DNA from: Octopus vulgaris
Taxonomy: Eukaryota
DNA: 64,000 bases
Reading direction: 5' to 3'
Assembly: GCA_951406725.2 (NCBI GenBank)
Contig: OX597831.1
Location: 41,106,001-41,170,000, forward strand
Position numbers and translations under genes: made by a program. Each line of letters opens with the position of its first letter. Position 1 is the first letter of the stretch. Positions 39,555 through 53,070 of this stretch are shown here, piece by piece. Below the pieces are notes generated by a model, which saw nothing but the letters and a program-made list of their open reading frames with translations, searched no databases and was not told the origin of the DNA.

Positions 39555-40185
39555 TATTTTATTTTTTTATTTTTTTATTTTTTGTAGTTTGTAATTCTCG
39601 GGCACTCTTTCTAACATAGTTTCGCTTATTGCACTCTGCGATTCTTGCAACAAATCTACCACAAATTTACGACACGTGTTTACGATCAAATTCCTATTTG
39701 TAACAATTAGCTTAGATTTAAAACACCCGGTTCTCCCTCTCTCTCTCACTCCCTCTCTCTCTCTCTCTCCCTCTCTCCATATATATATAAATATATATAT
39801 ATATGTAATTTCCTCGCTGCACATCCGTTTGAATTATATTATCGTCATTATTATTTTCTTAATAGATCCATTTACGCTGGTTCTCGTTGTCTTAACCAAA
39901 CACTTAACATACCCACAAAATTATGTACACACGTCGAATAACCACCCGCCTCCTCACTTTTCCTTTCCTCTATATCTATGGCCAAACACTTGTTTTATGA
40001 CACTTTATATGGAGACTTTATTATTTAACCCATTAACTTGGGCGTGATTTTACAATCTAATTTCGGCTTGCAATCGTGTTTAACTGTGCATGTAAATGCG
40101 AGTGTTTTGTGCGGTTCTCAGTGTAGATACACGTGCGTGAGCGTGTGTGTCTGTTCTGGAGTTTGTCTTTTAGCACGCATACACA

Positions 40186-40234
<49 letters not shown>

Positions 40235-40530
40235 GCATGTGTATGTACCTGAATCATTGGATGTAAGAAGAATGTATATGAGTGCAAGTGAAGAAGCATT
40301 TATATGAATACGCATGTATATGGGAGTAAATATATTTGTACGTGTGTATATTCTTACATATATATATATGTGTGTGTGTGTATGTGTCTGTGTGTCTATA
40401 TATGTATATGTATATATATGTATGTATATATGTGTGTGTATTTATATATATATATACACACACACATATATATGTATGTATATATATGCAGGCATATATA
40501 TGTGTGTGTATGCATATATCTATATATATG

Positions 40531-40570
<40 letters not shown>

Positions 40571-40745
40571 TGAATATGGGTGTATTGGTGTGTGTCTATG
40601 AGTACACATACGTGTGATTGTGTGCGTGAGAATGTGAGTGTATAAGTAATATTATTTTGTTAATGAGTCTATACATGCGTGTAGGCACGCGGCAGTAAAT
40701 ATATACACATACGTAAATGTATACCTGTGTATGGAAATATGTATG

Positions 40746-40793
<48 letters not shown>

Positions 40794-41051
40794 CATATGT
40801 ATGTATGGACGCGCACAAAAGACATATACATACATATATGTGTGTGTCTGTAGATGTACGTATATATATATATACGTTTGTGTGTGTGTGTGTTTAAAGC
40901 GACAATTTCTGGTTAATAGACATTAACATTATATTAAATTTATTATTTCTGAGGTTAATTCCATTAAACCCGTGCTGTCAAACGTTTTAATGAAAGTTAT
41001 CTGACGCTAACTATGCTTTCTATAATTTATGAAGCCGTCCCACCTAATAGA

Positions 41052-41700
41052 GGCTACCATCACCACCATAGCAATCACCATCCACACAACAACCACCGCC
41101 ATCACCGCCATAACAACCACTATCACAATCATCACCGCCATAACAACCACCATCACCACCATCACAGCCACCAGCATCACCACCATAGCAACCACCGTCA
41201 CCATGACATCCACCACTACAGCCGCCACCATAGGAATCACCATAGCAACCACCATCACTACCTCAGCCACCACCACACCACCACCACAGCCACTACCATC
41301 ATCACCATAGCAACAACCATCATCACCATAGCAACCACCCTCACCACCATAGAAACCATTATAGCAACCATCATCACCATCACAACCACCACCACCATCA
41401 CAGCCACCGCCACCATTACCACCACAGCCACCACCTCCATCACCACCATACGTCAACCGTCATCACCACCATAGCAAACTCCTTCACCACCATAGCAACT
41501 ACCATAGCAACCACCATCACCATCATAGCAACCATTCTCACCACCATAGGAACCATCATAGCAACCACCATCACCCTCACAGCCACCACCATCACTACCT
41601 CAGCCGCCACAAACACCACCATAGCAACTACCATAGCAACCACCATCACCACCACAGCTTCCACCATCACTACTGCAGCCACCATCATCCCTATCATTAC
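41052..41700. repeat. (ACC/ATC)n mosaic built on CACCACCATAGCAACC units
   Basis: Recurrent CCATAGCAACCACCATCA; the Thr-rich reading frame is broken by frameshifts. Confidence 0.85.
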
Positions 41701-41964
41701 CACTTGTTCAACTTCTGCCAAACCTATAATCAGAAGAATTCCATGCGTGACCATCGCGTCTTCTCTTTCTGAGACACAGAAAGCACAAGACGACATTACG
41801 TAGTTTGTTGTTTTTTATCTATCTATCTACCCTCCTATCTATCCATCAGTCTATCAATCAATCTATCTATCTATCTATCTATCTATCTATTTATCTCTAT
41901 CTATCTATCTATCTATCTATTTATCTCTATCTATCTATCTATCTATCTGTCTATCTATATATCT

Positions 41965-42411
41965 ATCTTCCTTCTATCTTTCTTTCTTCTATCTCTCTCC
42001 CTTCTCTTTCTCTCTTCCCTCTCTCTTTCTGTCTTCTCTCCTCTCTTTCTCTCTTCCCTCTCCTTCTTTTATCTCCTTTCTCTCTATCTCTCTCCGTCTC
42101 TCTCTTTCTCTCTTCCCTCTCTCTCTTATCTCTTCTCTTTATCTCTCTCCGTTTCTCTCTCTTCCTTCTCTCTCTCTTTCCCTTTTCCATTTCTCTCTCT
42201 CTTCCCTCTCTCCTTTATCTCCTCTCTCTCTCTATCTCTCTCCTTCTCTTATCCCTCTCACTCTCTCTCTCTTCTTTCTATCTCTGTTCCGCCGTTCTCT
42301 CACTTTCCCATCTTTTTCCTTTTCTCCCTTCTCTCTTTCTCTCTTTCTTCTCTCTCTCCCTTATCCCCTCCCTTTCACTCTTCTCTATCTCCCTCCCTCC
42401 CTCTCTCTCTC

Positions 42412-42445
<34 letters not shown>
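41965..42445. repeat. Polypyrimidine/(CT)n tract about 480 bp
   Basis: Almost only C/T on + strand. Confidence 0.95.
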
Positions 42446-42448
<3 letters not shown>

Positions 42449-42789
42449 TCAACCCTGATTCTACACATACGCATCCTGTTGTTTTTCAGACAAATCTTAT
42501 ACAGGGCTTCATTAACAAACACATCCTTCTCTATTTCCAAGATTGTTATGCGTGATTTGAGAATCAGTTGTCTTCTGTTTCTAACAGCGCTAAAGACCCC
42601 ACAGTGTGTCGTATTTCTTCATTATTCACAAGGACCTAATACAAGCCAATCCAAAACCTGAGATCTGGATTAATAACGGTTTCTTATGCATGTTATTGGC
42701 CCGTTCTGTCTTTTAATTGAATATTTATCTATTTATTTCGTTTATCAGTTTGTTCAACAACCTATCAGTTCATTTGTAATACTCTTTCG

Positions 42790-42843
<54 letters not shown>

Positions 42844-42855
42844 TGAGTGTGTGTG

Positions 42856-42921
<66 letters not shown>

Positions 42922-42980
42922 TATATATATTATATATATATACATATATATGTATATATGCATATATATATACGTATATA

Positions 42981-43026
<46 letters not shown>

Positions 43027-43039
43027 TGTTTTTCTTTTG

Positions 43040-43166
<127 letters not shown>

Positions 43167-43394
43167 TTGTCTATCTCTCTTTCTCTCTGTAATCACGTAT
43201 GTTTGTGTGTGTGTGTGTATGTATGTGCGTGTGTGTGTGTGTGTGTGTTTGTGTGTGTAACACTATCAGAAAGCTGTTTGTTTATTTCTTTAACTTTTTT
43301 TTTGTTTATTTCTTTAACTTTCTCTCTTCTCTCGCTCTTCTCTCTCTCTCACACGCACGCATACACACTCCCTCTCTCGGCTAATTTCTCCTCT

Positions 43395-43429
<35 letters not shown>

Positions 43430-43569
43430 TCACTCTCTCTCTTCATCTATCTGTCTAACCTATCTATCGCTCTATCTTTCTTCCAATATTTATTTATTTT
43501 CAACATTTCTAATTTATCTTAGTTTCACTAGTTTCAATATGTCGTCGTCCTATTTTTTTTTAATCTTTT

Positions 43570-43846
43570 TCAATCTCGACGCCATTTTCTTTTGTCTAAT
43601 TTTAGTTCCGTTTTTGCAGCTTCCGGTAAAGTTTTGACTTAATCGTGTCTTATTGTTTGTATCAGACAAAAGAAAAGGATCGTCACTTGTGTTTTGGGAA
43701 TTGCTATTGTTGTTTTCGCTGTCTTTTCTTTTTCATCTTTTTGGTTTGTTTTGTACAATAATATTTTCTTGTTTATTTTTCAACTTACTTGGGGCTCTTT
43801 TCTTTTCTCGTAAGTGTTGTAAGCATCAACAATACGTCATCATCGT

Positions 43847-43927
<81 letters not shown>

Positions 43928-43973
43928 CAGCAGCAGCAGTAGCAGCAGTAGTAGTAGTAGCAGCAGTAGTAGC

Positions 43974-44020
<47 letters not shown>

Positions 44021-44155
44021 GGGAGGAGGAGGACGAGGAGAAAGAGGGGGAGGGCAACTGTTATTGGTGTCGCTTCTTTCGTTGTTACCTTCCCTCCGCT
44101 TCTGATGCTCGTATTTTTGTCATCATCATTTTCATCAATAGCGACAGAAGAAGCT
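43570..44155 (+). promoter_or_regulatory. Possible promoter and non-coding first exon
   Basis: YY1-like CGCCATTTT near 43580, ETS-like CTTCCGG near 43620, (CAG/TAG)n tract, donor-like GCT|GTAAGC at 44155/44156; motifs only. Confidence 0.25.
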
Positions 44156-44165
44156 GTAAGCGCAA

Positions 44166-44208
<43 letters not shown>

Positions 44209-44209
44209 T

Positions 44210-44705
44210 GAGAAAGTTGGTTTGTGAAAGCACGTGGTTGAATATATAGAAAATAGTAAGAAGTGAAAAAAACTACAGAAGGCTTGTTTTAAAAGGTTAA
44301 AAAATATATATTTTTGTCAATATGTCTGAAGAATATTATAATTTTTTTTCTTACAATGACATAGTTTAGAAGAAATGACCGGTTTCGCGTTTAGCTTTTC
44401 AAATTTCTTACAACGTTATGTTTATGTTGAGAAGAGTTATCGTTATGTTTATGTTGAGATGAGTTCTAAATAAGGGGAGGTAATAAGTGATTTATTCCGG
44501 TGTGAGGGAGATAATCGCTCAAAATTTTTTGCCTTTCCTTTGGGGTGAATTTCTCTGTATAAGTATGTTGGAATGGTTAAGTCTGGGCTTGTACTTTTCA
44601 ATGTCTGGGCTTGTACTTTTCCATTATTCCCGAGTATCAGACTAATACATCTGCTTATTGTTTCCCTTACCTGTCTTTGCCGTTTGTTTTCTGGAAATTC
44701 GAACT
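44210..44705 (-). mobile_element. Penelope-like element 3' end with degenerate hammerhead (44370-44409)
   Basis: Minus-strand IEKYKPRLN resembles the GIY-YIG C-terminal P.LN motif; downstream AAGAAAT-TTGAAAA-GC-TAAAC-GC-GAAA-CCGG-TC-ATTTCTT. Confidence 0.55.
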
Positions 44706-44914
44706 ATATATATATAGATAGATAGATAGATACATACATACATACATACATACATAGATACATACATGCATACATACATACATACATACATACATACATA
44801 CATACATACATACATACATGCATACATACATACATGCATGCATGCATGCATGCATGTATGCATACATACATACATACATACATACATACATACATACATA
44901 CATACATACATACA

Positions 44915-44947
<33 letters not shown>

Positions 44948-45049
44948 TGATTGATTGATTGATCGATCGACATAAATATGATAATGATGATGGTAGTCTA
45001 TCGTATTCCGGAAAAGATGGCTATGCAATTTCTTGTTGAACAACCTGCA

Positions 45050-45545
45050 TTAATGACATGTATATAGCAATCAAATGTATGTGCTGTACATCATCTCACC
45101 CCTTCCATCATATCGATGTTGCCTGAACAGGTGCGCAGGGTGCCACTCGTCAGGCTGTGAAATGAACGCAGAGCAACGTGAGATGAAGTGTTTTGCTGAA
45201 GAATACAACGCACCAGGATTTGAAGCCACGATCTCTCGATCGTGAGTGCAGCACGCTAACCACCAGGTCATGTACCCCGGATTGTAGAAGTGAGTTGTGC
45301 CCTCACTGGTGCCAAGCTGTATCGGTCTATGCTTTGTGTCTGTTCTTCCCCATCGCTTGTCGACCGATGTTGGCGTGTTTACGTCCCCGTAACTTAGCAG
45401 TTCGGTAAGAGACCCATAGAATAAGCACTAGGCTTACGAAAACTAAGTCCTGGGGTCTATTTCTTCGACTAAAAAGAAAACCTTTAAGGCGATGCTCTAG
45501 TATGGCCACAGTCAGATGACTGAAACAAGTAAAAGAATAAAAGAA
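45050..45545. mobile_element. SINE family C-like copy (-) 45050-45275 and family A 3' half (+) 45330-45545
   Basis: GAGCAACGTGAGATGAAGTGTTTTGCT; CATCGCTTGTCGACCGATG...GACTGAAACAAGTAAAAG. Confidence 0.75.
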
Positions 45546-45579
45546 AAGAACACATACACACACACACACACACATATAT

Positions 45580-45676
<97 letters not shown>

Positions 45677-45999
45677 TACATATATATTGTATCTGGAGAG
45701 TCATTCTGTTTTAATACCTTATTAATTAACACACTCACCGGTTCTGTTTCCACTCATTTACTTATATATACATATATACATACATACATACACACACGAA
45801 CACACACATACATACATACATATACACACACACACTACATATACATACACATACACACACAGACCTGCGCGCACGCACATACCCACATATACACACACAT
45901 ACCTCCTTCTTTTGCACTCTCCTGTCTTTGAAAGAACTTTTTCTTCACCCATTCCCTTCCGGTCATTCAATATGTGACCACGTGTGTATAGTTGGCGAT

Positions 46000-46182
46000 T
46001 TTCTTTCTCCGTCTTCCCTTCCTTGGACCTTTCCTTTTTCTATGTTTCTGACGAAAGGCTTTGCTCAAAACGGTAAATCCTCCTTCTTTCTTTCCTTTCT
46101 TGAGTGTTCAATAACACTATACTCGTTACACGTCCTCGCGTTGTTGTGTTTTCTCTTTGTATTTTCATATTTGGATTAACTA
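46000..46182 (+). mobile_element. Diverged family W-like repeat with degenerate hammerhead (46045-46078)
   Basis: TTT-CTGACGA-AAGGCTTTGCTC-AAAAC-GGT-AAA; layout and terminus (AACTAT) like 2385-2540. Confidence 0.45.
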
Positions 46183-47164
46183 TACATACATACATACATA
46201 CATACATACATACATACATACATACATACACACACACACATACACACACATACATACATACATACATACATACATACATACATACATACACATACACACA
46301 TCCACAGACACACACACACATACACACACACATACACACATACACACACACATACATACATACATACATACATACATACATACATACATACACACATACA
46401 TACATACATACATACAGACAGACAGACAGACATACACATACACACATACATACATACTTACATACATACATACATACATACATCCACCCATCCATCCATC
46501 CATCCATCCATCCATCGAAAAATAGGCTGCATGTGTTCTTGCTGGTGGTCACTTGGCAATCTTGCAATCGTTATCTAAACCAATATTTACAGATAATCTG
46601 ACAGCTTCATTACGGCTGTTATGTCTTGCCATCTTATGTCGCATACATGCGCGCAATTTCATCATTGATATTTAGTTGTTCTAGTCTAAACAAGGCCATG
46701 TCAGACGTTTATTAACCTAGTTCAAAATTTATTCCATGTGGGAACAAAGTTACAAAACTGCAAAATTCAAGGCTGACATGAATGAACTTTGACAAATTTT
46801 GACAGCAGTTGGAAATATGTAACTAACTATCGTCCAGTTCTTTTTATTTTTATTTTATTCATTTATTTATTTATTATCATTACCTTTTTCTTTTTTTTTT
46901 TTAACATCTAATTATTTCATATTTGTCATCTCCTGCCTTCATACTTTAGTACAAAGGATAACAGTTATGACATGTCGAGGTGACCTGAACAAAATATTTA
47001 ATTTTGTGTAACATTTTGTCAAGTGCTTTGTGTGATGTTTTGTTATACAAATTAGTTTGAGAATATAGCCTTTCAAATGTATATAGTTCTCAGCCCTGAC
47101 ATTTGTAAATGTGAGACGAATGTTATTCTTTTGATTTCAGTGATTACGAATTATGTACGACTTC

Positions 47165-47545
47165 GTGGTTTAGAAGTTCGCCTTGCAACCGTGTGGTATT
47201 GAGTTCAGTCCCTCTGCGTGGCGCTTTGGCCAAGTATTTTGTACAACAGTTGCGTACCGACCAATGCCTTGTGAATGAATATGGTAGACGGGAACAGTGT
47301 CGAAGCCTGTCAAATGTGTATGCCTGTGAGTGTGTGCCTTGGTGTTTGCGTATCTTCCCCTACCACCGATTGACAACCGGTGCTGTTTTGTCTACGTCTC
47401 CGTAACCTAGTGGCTCGGCTAAAAGTTACTGATAGAATAAGTACTTGGCCTAAAAAGTACTAGGATTGGTTTGTTCGACTAAGCCTTTCAAGGCGAGGCC
47501 TCAGCATCATCGTAGTCCAGTGACGGGAGTGAAACAAGTAGAAGA
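47165..47545 (+). mobile_element. Old SINE family A, full length
   Basis: Diverged head, core and tail motifs. Confidence 0.75.
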
Positions 47546-47546
47546 T

Positions 47547-47619
<73 letters not shown>

Positions 47620-47874
47620 TGAGGGAGATAAATTAATATTAATTTTAATATCAATTTAAAACCAGTAGTCTAGCATGCAAAAAATCTGAGAAGTCAGAGA
47701 AAATTCTAATGTGTATATTGGCAGGGCAAGACTGCTAGGTAGTCTGCCGTATGCTAGAAATAGATCATCAACGATCAAACTACAAAGGAAATTCTCTAGA
47801 GGAAAAATTCAGCGAACACCAGAACCAAATTTGGCGGGCAGGACAGATGAAAATTTATATAAAAAACAGAATTA

Positions 47875-47951
47875 AATGCATACCTCGGTTTCGGCCTTTA
47901 ACAAAAGAATTACTTACATAATTCAAATGTCCGTGGCTTCATCAGTGCATT
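47875..47951 (-). ncRNA. Type I hammerhead ribozyme motif with intact core (family U repeat 47612-48197)
   Basis: AATGCA-CTGATGA-A-GCC-long loop-GGC-C-GAAA-CC-GA-GG-TA-TGCATT: 6-bp stem I, conserved core, GUA triplet. Confidence 0.75.
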
Positions 47952-48197
47952 CGTTCAGTGTAAATGCAATCTGAAAAACTAACCCCAGCTTTCTGTGCCA
48001 AGATAGACACGTGCTTAGTTTTACCGATTACATTAGGGATAAAATTTCAAATGTCTTGGTTCTGGCGCGCTAAGAAATTCCTGAAGCGAAGGGCTGCAGT
48101 AAATAATTCACTGCGGTTAGTGCTTACTACTAGAGAACGTATTTATTTCAATATTTAAATAATGAGGGAGATAAATCAATATTAATTTTAATATCAA

Positions 48198-48345
48198 ATA
48201 CAAAATAAGAAAATGGAGAAATACACCTTAATCAATAATCAACTACCAGATAATACCCGTAGTGGTTTAATAAATTATGTGATTGGGTATTATCTGGTAG
48301 TTGATTATTGATTAAGGTGTATTTCTCCATTTTCTTATTTTGTAT
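48198..48345. repeat. Perfect 61-bp inverted repeat with 26-nt spacer
   Basis: Arms 48198-48258 and 48285-48345 are exact reverse complements by manual check. Confidence 0.92.
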
Positions 48346-48527
48346 ATTTAATTTGTGGTAAAACATTTTACCTTTGCCCATATAATACAATAAATGAATT
48401 AATTGCATGGCAATTCTTAACATTTATGTATTAACTTTGTTGGGTGCTTTACTGGCAGTTTATTGGATATATGTTATCCCATGGTGGGTTGCACTCACAA
48501 CCCCTATCTCAATTTATATATATATAT

Positions 48528-48670
<143 letters not shown>

Positions 48671-48680
48671 TATAGATATA

Positions 48681-49850
48681 GTCGGTGCCCCCACCTTCTC
48701 TCTTAACGTAAAAACGTCTGTGGATAGGATATTCCTTAAGTTAATAAGCATTTTACACGTTGACATAGGTACGGACGCATTTTCAACAGGCACAACCTTG
48801 GGGTCTCTTTTAGCTGTGCTCCCAATATTTAGAGCATTCTACTTAGCCCCCGCAGAGTACGAGCGGAGGCAGAAGGCTCATGCAGGGACCACAACAGATG
48901 TCCAGTGAGAGGCCATTGCGAAACCAGGGAAGGCGTCTGTGAAGCTGGGGTACAAGCCGTCCCTAATAGCAGAAGTAGCTTTCGCGATGGCTACCACAGT
49001 AGCAGAGATGACAGTGTCAATAGTAGCAGCAGCAGAGACACGAACAGAATCAACGGCAGCACCATAGCCAGCGATAACAACAGCAACATCAACAACAGCA
49101 ATTGCAGTATCCCTAACGGAAATAGCAGCACAACCATCACCAATGACATCTTTAACAGCATTGACAGCTCCTCCATCAATGAGGATGACCATAACAACAA
49201 CATCATCATTACCAACACCACTGGTGACAGCACCAACACCATCTCCACCTCCAATAACGCCAACACCAGCAGACACAACACCGCCAACACCCGACCACGG
49301 AGATACTTCGGTTGCTCCGAGAACACGCTCAAACAACGCCTCTCCAACCACAGACTCTCCTTCAGGATACCCCGGAAAGGAGATACGTTACGTCTTTAGC
49401 CAGCCATGTATGGCAGCTGAAAGATGAGATTCCATACACAATATCATAGACGCGACCTAGCCTACATAAACGCGATCTAGCGCTATAAATTATGCATAGC
49501 AGAACGGCGAGGATTTTAAAGGACTCCCTCGACCCAGGGAACATCTTTAACTCCAGAACGGAGATTTTCGGACTGTGCTTCCACTTCAGGAAATTCCTAC
49601 TGGCCTATTGGAACCTAGAAGATAACAGGATCGCTTGCAATCGATAACCAAAGGGAGACATCCCCTATTGTTGACATTAAGTAGCGAGGTCCTTTCCTCC
49701 TCATTATTCTAGAGAGGCCACTTGCTAGAGAAGCCACTCGCTAGAGGGGCATATAGCCAACAGGTTTATGTATCTGATAATACGCCATAAAGCCAAGCAC
49801 TTTATGGACACGAAAACCAGGGTAATTCTATAAACCAACTTTATCTAACT
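48681..49850 (+). pseudogene. 5'-truncated Penelope-like element (Naiad-like): linker, GIY-YIG endonuclease, 3'UTR
   Basis: FSLNVKTSVDRIFLKLI...RIFNRHNLGVSFSCAPNI...SCRDHNRCPVRGHC...YFGCSENTLKQRLSNHRLSF...LASHVWQLKD...LCIAE...FNSRTEIFGLCFHFRKFLL, with frameshifts and stops. Confidence 0.85.
49770..49828 (+). ncRNA. Degenerate hammerhead-like motif in PLE 3'UTR
   Basis: CTGATAA...CCATAAAG-loop-CTTTATGG...C-GAAA-ACCAGG-GTA; core G mutated. Confidence 0.5.
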
Positions 49851-49860
49851 TTATTTATAT

Positions 49861-49893
<33 letters not shown>

Positions 49894-50616
49894 ACATATA
49901 TGTATGCATATATATATTCATATACATATATGTGTGTGTGTGTTTGTGTGTGTGCCTTTAATTTGATAAGTAAGAGAGAAAAAGAGGACTCAATGCATTT
50001 ACTAGACGTTATAAATTTACTGGAAATTGTGGTTTCTTCCCGTCGATGAGCAGGGTTTAACGTCTCTTTTTTGCAACGAGAGGAAGACAGATGAATGTCT
50101 GTATAACGATGAAGGGAGACTTTTGGTTGGAATATATATAGATATATAAAGTATAATATATCAACAAAAAAAATAGCTGCATAGAATAAATATGTATGCG
50201 TGTGTATGTGTGCCTATGTATGTATGTTTTTTTGTGTGTGTGTTCGAGAGTGTTCGTGCATAGAGGCTGTATTAACAAAGTTGTGAAATATAATAAGGAA
50301 ATAGTATATAAAAAGAAATCTCCAAGTGGATAAAATAAGAAATTGCAGTAGGGAGTTAAGAATACAATTTGTTTTATGTTGAAAAACAACTGAAAGAGAG
50401 ACAGGTTATGGAATAATGGAACCCTGTTATTTCACCTTCTCACTCTCTCTCTCACCCCCTCTCACCCTCTCTCTCTCTCTCTGCCTCCCTCTCTCCCTCT
50501 CTGTGTGTATATATACGTGTATGTGTGTGTATGTGTGTTATACGCACATACATATATGCATGGCCATGATAAAGTAGTAAGGCGTACATATATTCAGAGA
50601 CATACATATATATGTG

Positions 50617-50696
<80 letters not shown>

Positions 50697-50847
50697 TATA
50701 TGTATGTATATATATATATATACATACATACAAATATGTATTGATATATAGATAAATATTTATATTTATGTATATATATATATGCATATATATATACATA
50801 TATATATGTATATTTATGCATATATATATATGTATATATAAATATAT

Positions 50848-50881
<34 letters not shown>

Positions 50882-51163
50882 ATATTGTATATATATATAT
50901 ATATTTTATATATCAATATATATTTATTTCAATATATATTTGTATATATATATATACACATATCAATACATATATGCATATTTATGTGCGTGTGTATATA
51001 TCATATACATAGGTTATATTATGTATCAGATAAATATATATATATATGCTATCTACGTGGGCTTACAATATCATGTAGGTTACAAGAATGCTAGTAACTG
51101 AAAACTTTAAATTATACCAATGAAGAAAAGATACAATTAACACTAAAGTTCATACAAAAATAT

Positions 51164-51221
<58 letters not shown>

Positions 51222-51236
51222 TGTGTATGTGTGTGT

Positions 51237-51283
<47 letters not shown>

Positions 51284-52124
51284 TTAATATGTAAGATAGT
51301 ATAGCTAAGTTCCCAACGTGTGCGATTGACTTGGGATTACGTCCAACCAGTTAACACGTGTGTGAGGGAAATGATATCATAAAACAAAAGTAGCACATTT
51401 TCAAATATTAGATTTCATATATGAAGATTGATGCAGAGGTAGACAAACAGACAGACAGATAGATTATATACATAGTTATAGAAACTGATAGATATAGATA
51501 CATACATCTTCATATATATATATAGAGAGAGAGAGAGTGAGAGAGAGAAAGAGAGACAGTGGGAGAGAATGTATGTGTGTATGCATATATATATGCATAC
51601 ACACACATATATATACATATATACTTTATGTGTGTGTATGTGTGATAGTTTTTCTCCAAAAAATCACTGCGCAGGAATCATTGATTATTTTTACTGGAAG
51701 GATCAGTCAAGCAGAAATAAATGTGGTCGTGTATGTAACATCTTCCCATTCATAACAGCAGTTTATTTCACGTAAAGCCTGTTCCATTGAAACGCGTGTT
51801 TTAATATAAAAGCTAAAAATTTCACAATCTCTGGCGACAAAACATACACAACGCAACTAGATTAATACACGTCCCAAACATTAACGTTCGTCTTCATTAC
51901 AGAATATACAGCAACGCTTATGAGTTGCTAAACGCCTGCAAAGCTGAGTTGTATGTTTCTAGTCAATGAGAGCAGTTCCCTCGTATATGTTGGTATTCAA
52001 TCTCACATCAAAGACCACCCGACCGAAAAAAATATGGACGTTATTTTCCCTTCTCTCTTCCACGACATTGTTCTCTTCAACCAATGTCTCCCCACGAATG
52101 CATAACTATTCATTCTCAACCATT

Positions 52125-52615
52125 TACTGTAATGATTCGCCATACCGCGGCTCACCTATTGCACCCTCAGCACATCGCGGATTTTTGTGGCTAATATATG
52201 CAAACTTATATCACAGATTCCTCAGTATGTCACGGGTTTCTGCCACCGATAGGTATTCATATTTTTTTAGGTTTCAATTATTTCTGAGGTAAAATAAGCA
52301 TTTTCACCACGCCTAAAAATTAATAAACTAATAAATACAGTACATTACTGCACTGTATAACACATTAATTAATATCTATTAAAAGAAAATACGTAGTGTA
52401 CCGTTGATGAATAAACAAAGAATCGCATATTCTGTATGGAAAACGAAACTCGGGAGGCGAGTGTGTGGTGTTGTTTTGTATTAGTAATAAAATAAATATT
52501 TAAAAATTATAATAAAAGAAAATACGCAGTACAATACTGTTTCTATTTCGCCGATTTTCATCTATCGCGGTGTGTTTTGGAACGTAACACCCGCAATAAT
52601 CGAGAGATTACTGTA
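52125..52615. mobile_element. pogo/Tigger-like MITE
   Basis: Termini TACTGTAATGATTCGCCATACCGCGG and CCGCAATAATCGAGAGATTACTGTA (TA + CAGT-type TIR). Confidence 0.65.
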
Positions 52616-52744
52616 CTATCACTCTCAATTGTGTTCAAACACTCATTGATAAATGCTGAAGAGAAACTTTTCTCGTCACTACTGACGTTTAACCGAAGGA
52701 AAGACTGCCGCTAACTCACAGCTTGACTACCATATCGACGTAGG

Positions 52745-53038
52745 CATTCCTTTACCCTTTTACTCGTTTCAGTCATTTGACTGTGGCCATGCTGGAGCAC
52801 CACCTTTAGTCGAGTAAATCGACCCCGGGACTTATTCTTTGCAAGCCTAGTACTTATTCTGTCGGTCTCTTTTATATATATATATATATATACGACGGGC
52901 TCCTTTATGTTTCCGTCAACCAAATCCACTCACAAGGCTTTGGTATATATAGAAGACACTTGCCCAAGGTACCACGCAGTGGGACTGAACCCCGGACCAT
53001 GTGGTTCGTAAGCAAGTTACCACACAGCCACTCCTACG
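52745..53038 (-). mobile_element. SINE family A with internal deletions
   Basis: Reverse complement of family A motifs. Confidence 0.85.
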
Positions 53039-53070
53039 CATATAAAAAAAAACAAAAAAAACATATACAG

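Noticed and set aside
41007-41796. Mucin-like, His-rich or Gly-rich protein
   Set aside because: Overlapping ORFs on both strands come from a trinucleotide mosaic, and the Thr-rich frame is broken by frameshifts; an exon at the unique 3' end cannot be fully excluded.
48860-49610. Selenoprotein-type Naiad (UGA at Cys positions)
   Set aside because: The Cys-motif positions I could align are TGC/TGT or missense codons; no in-frame TGA there.
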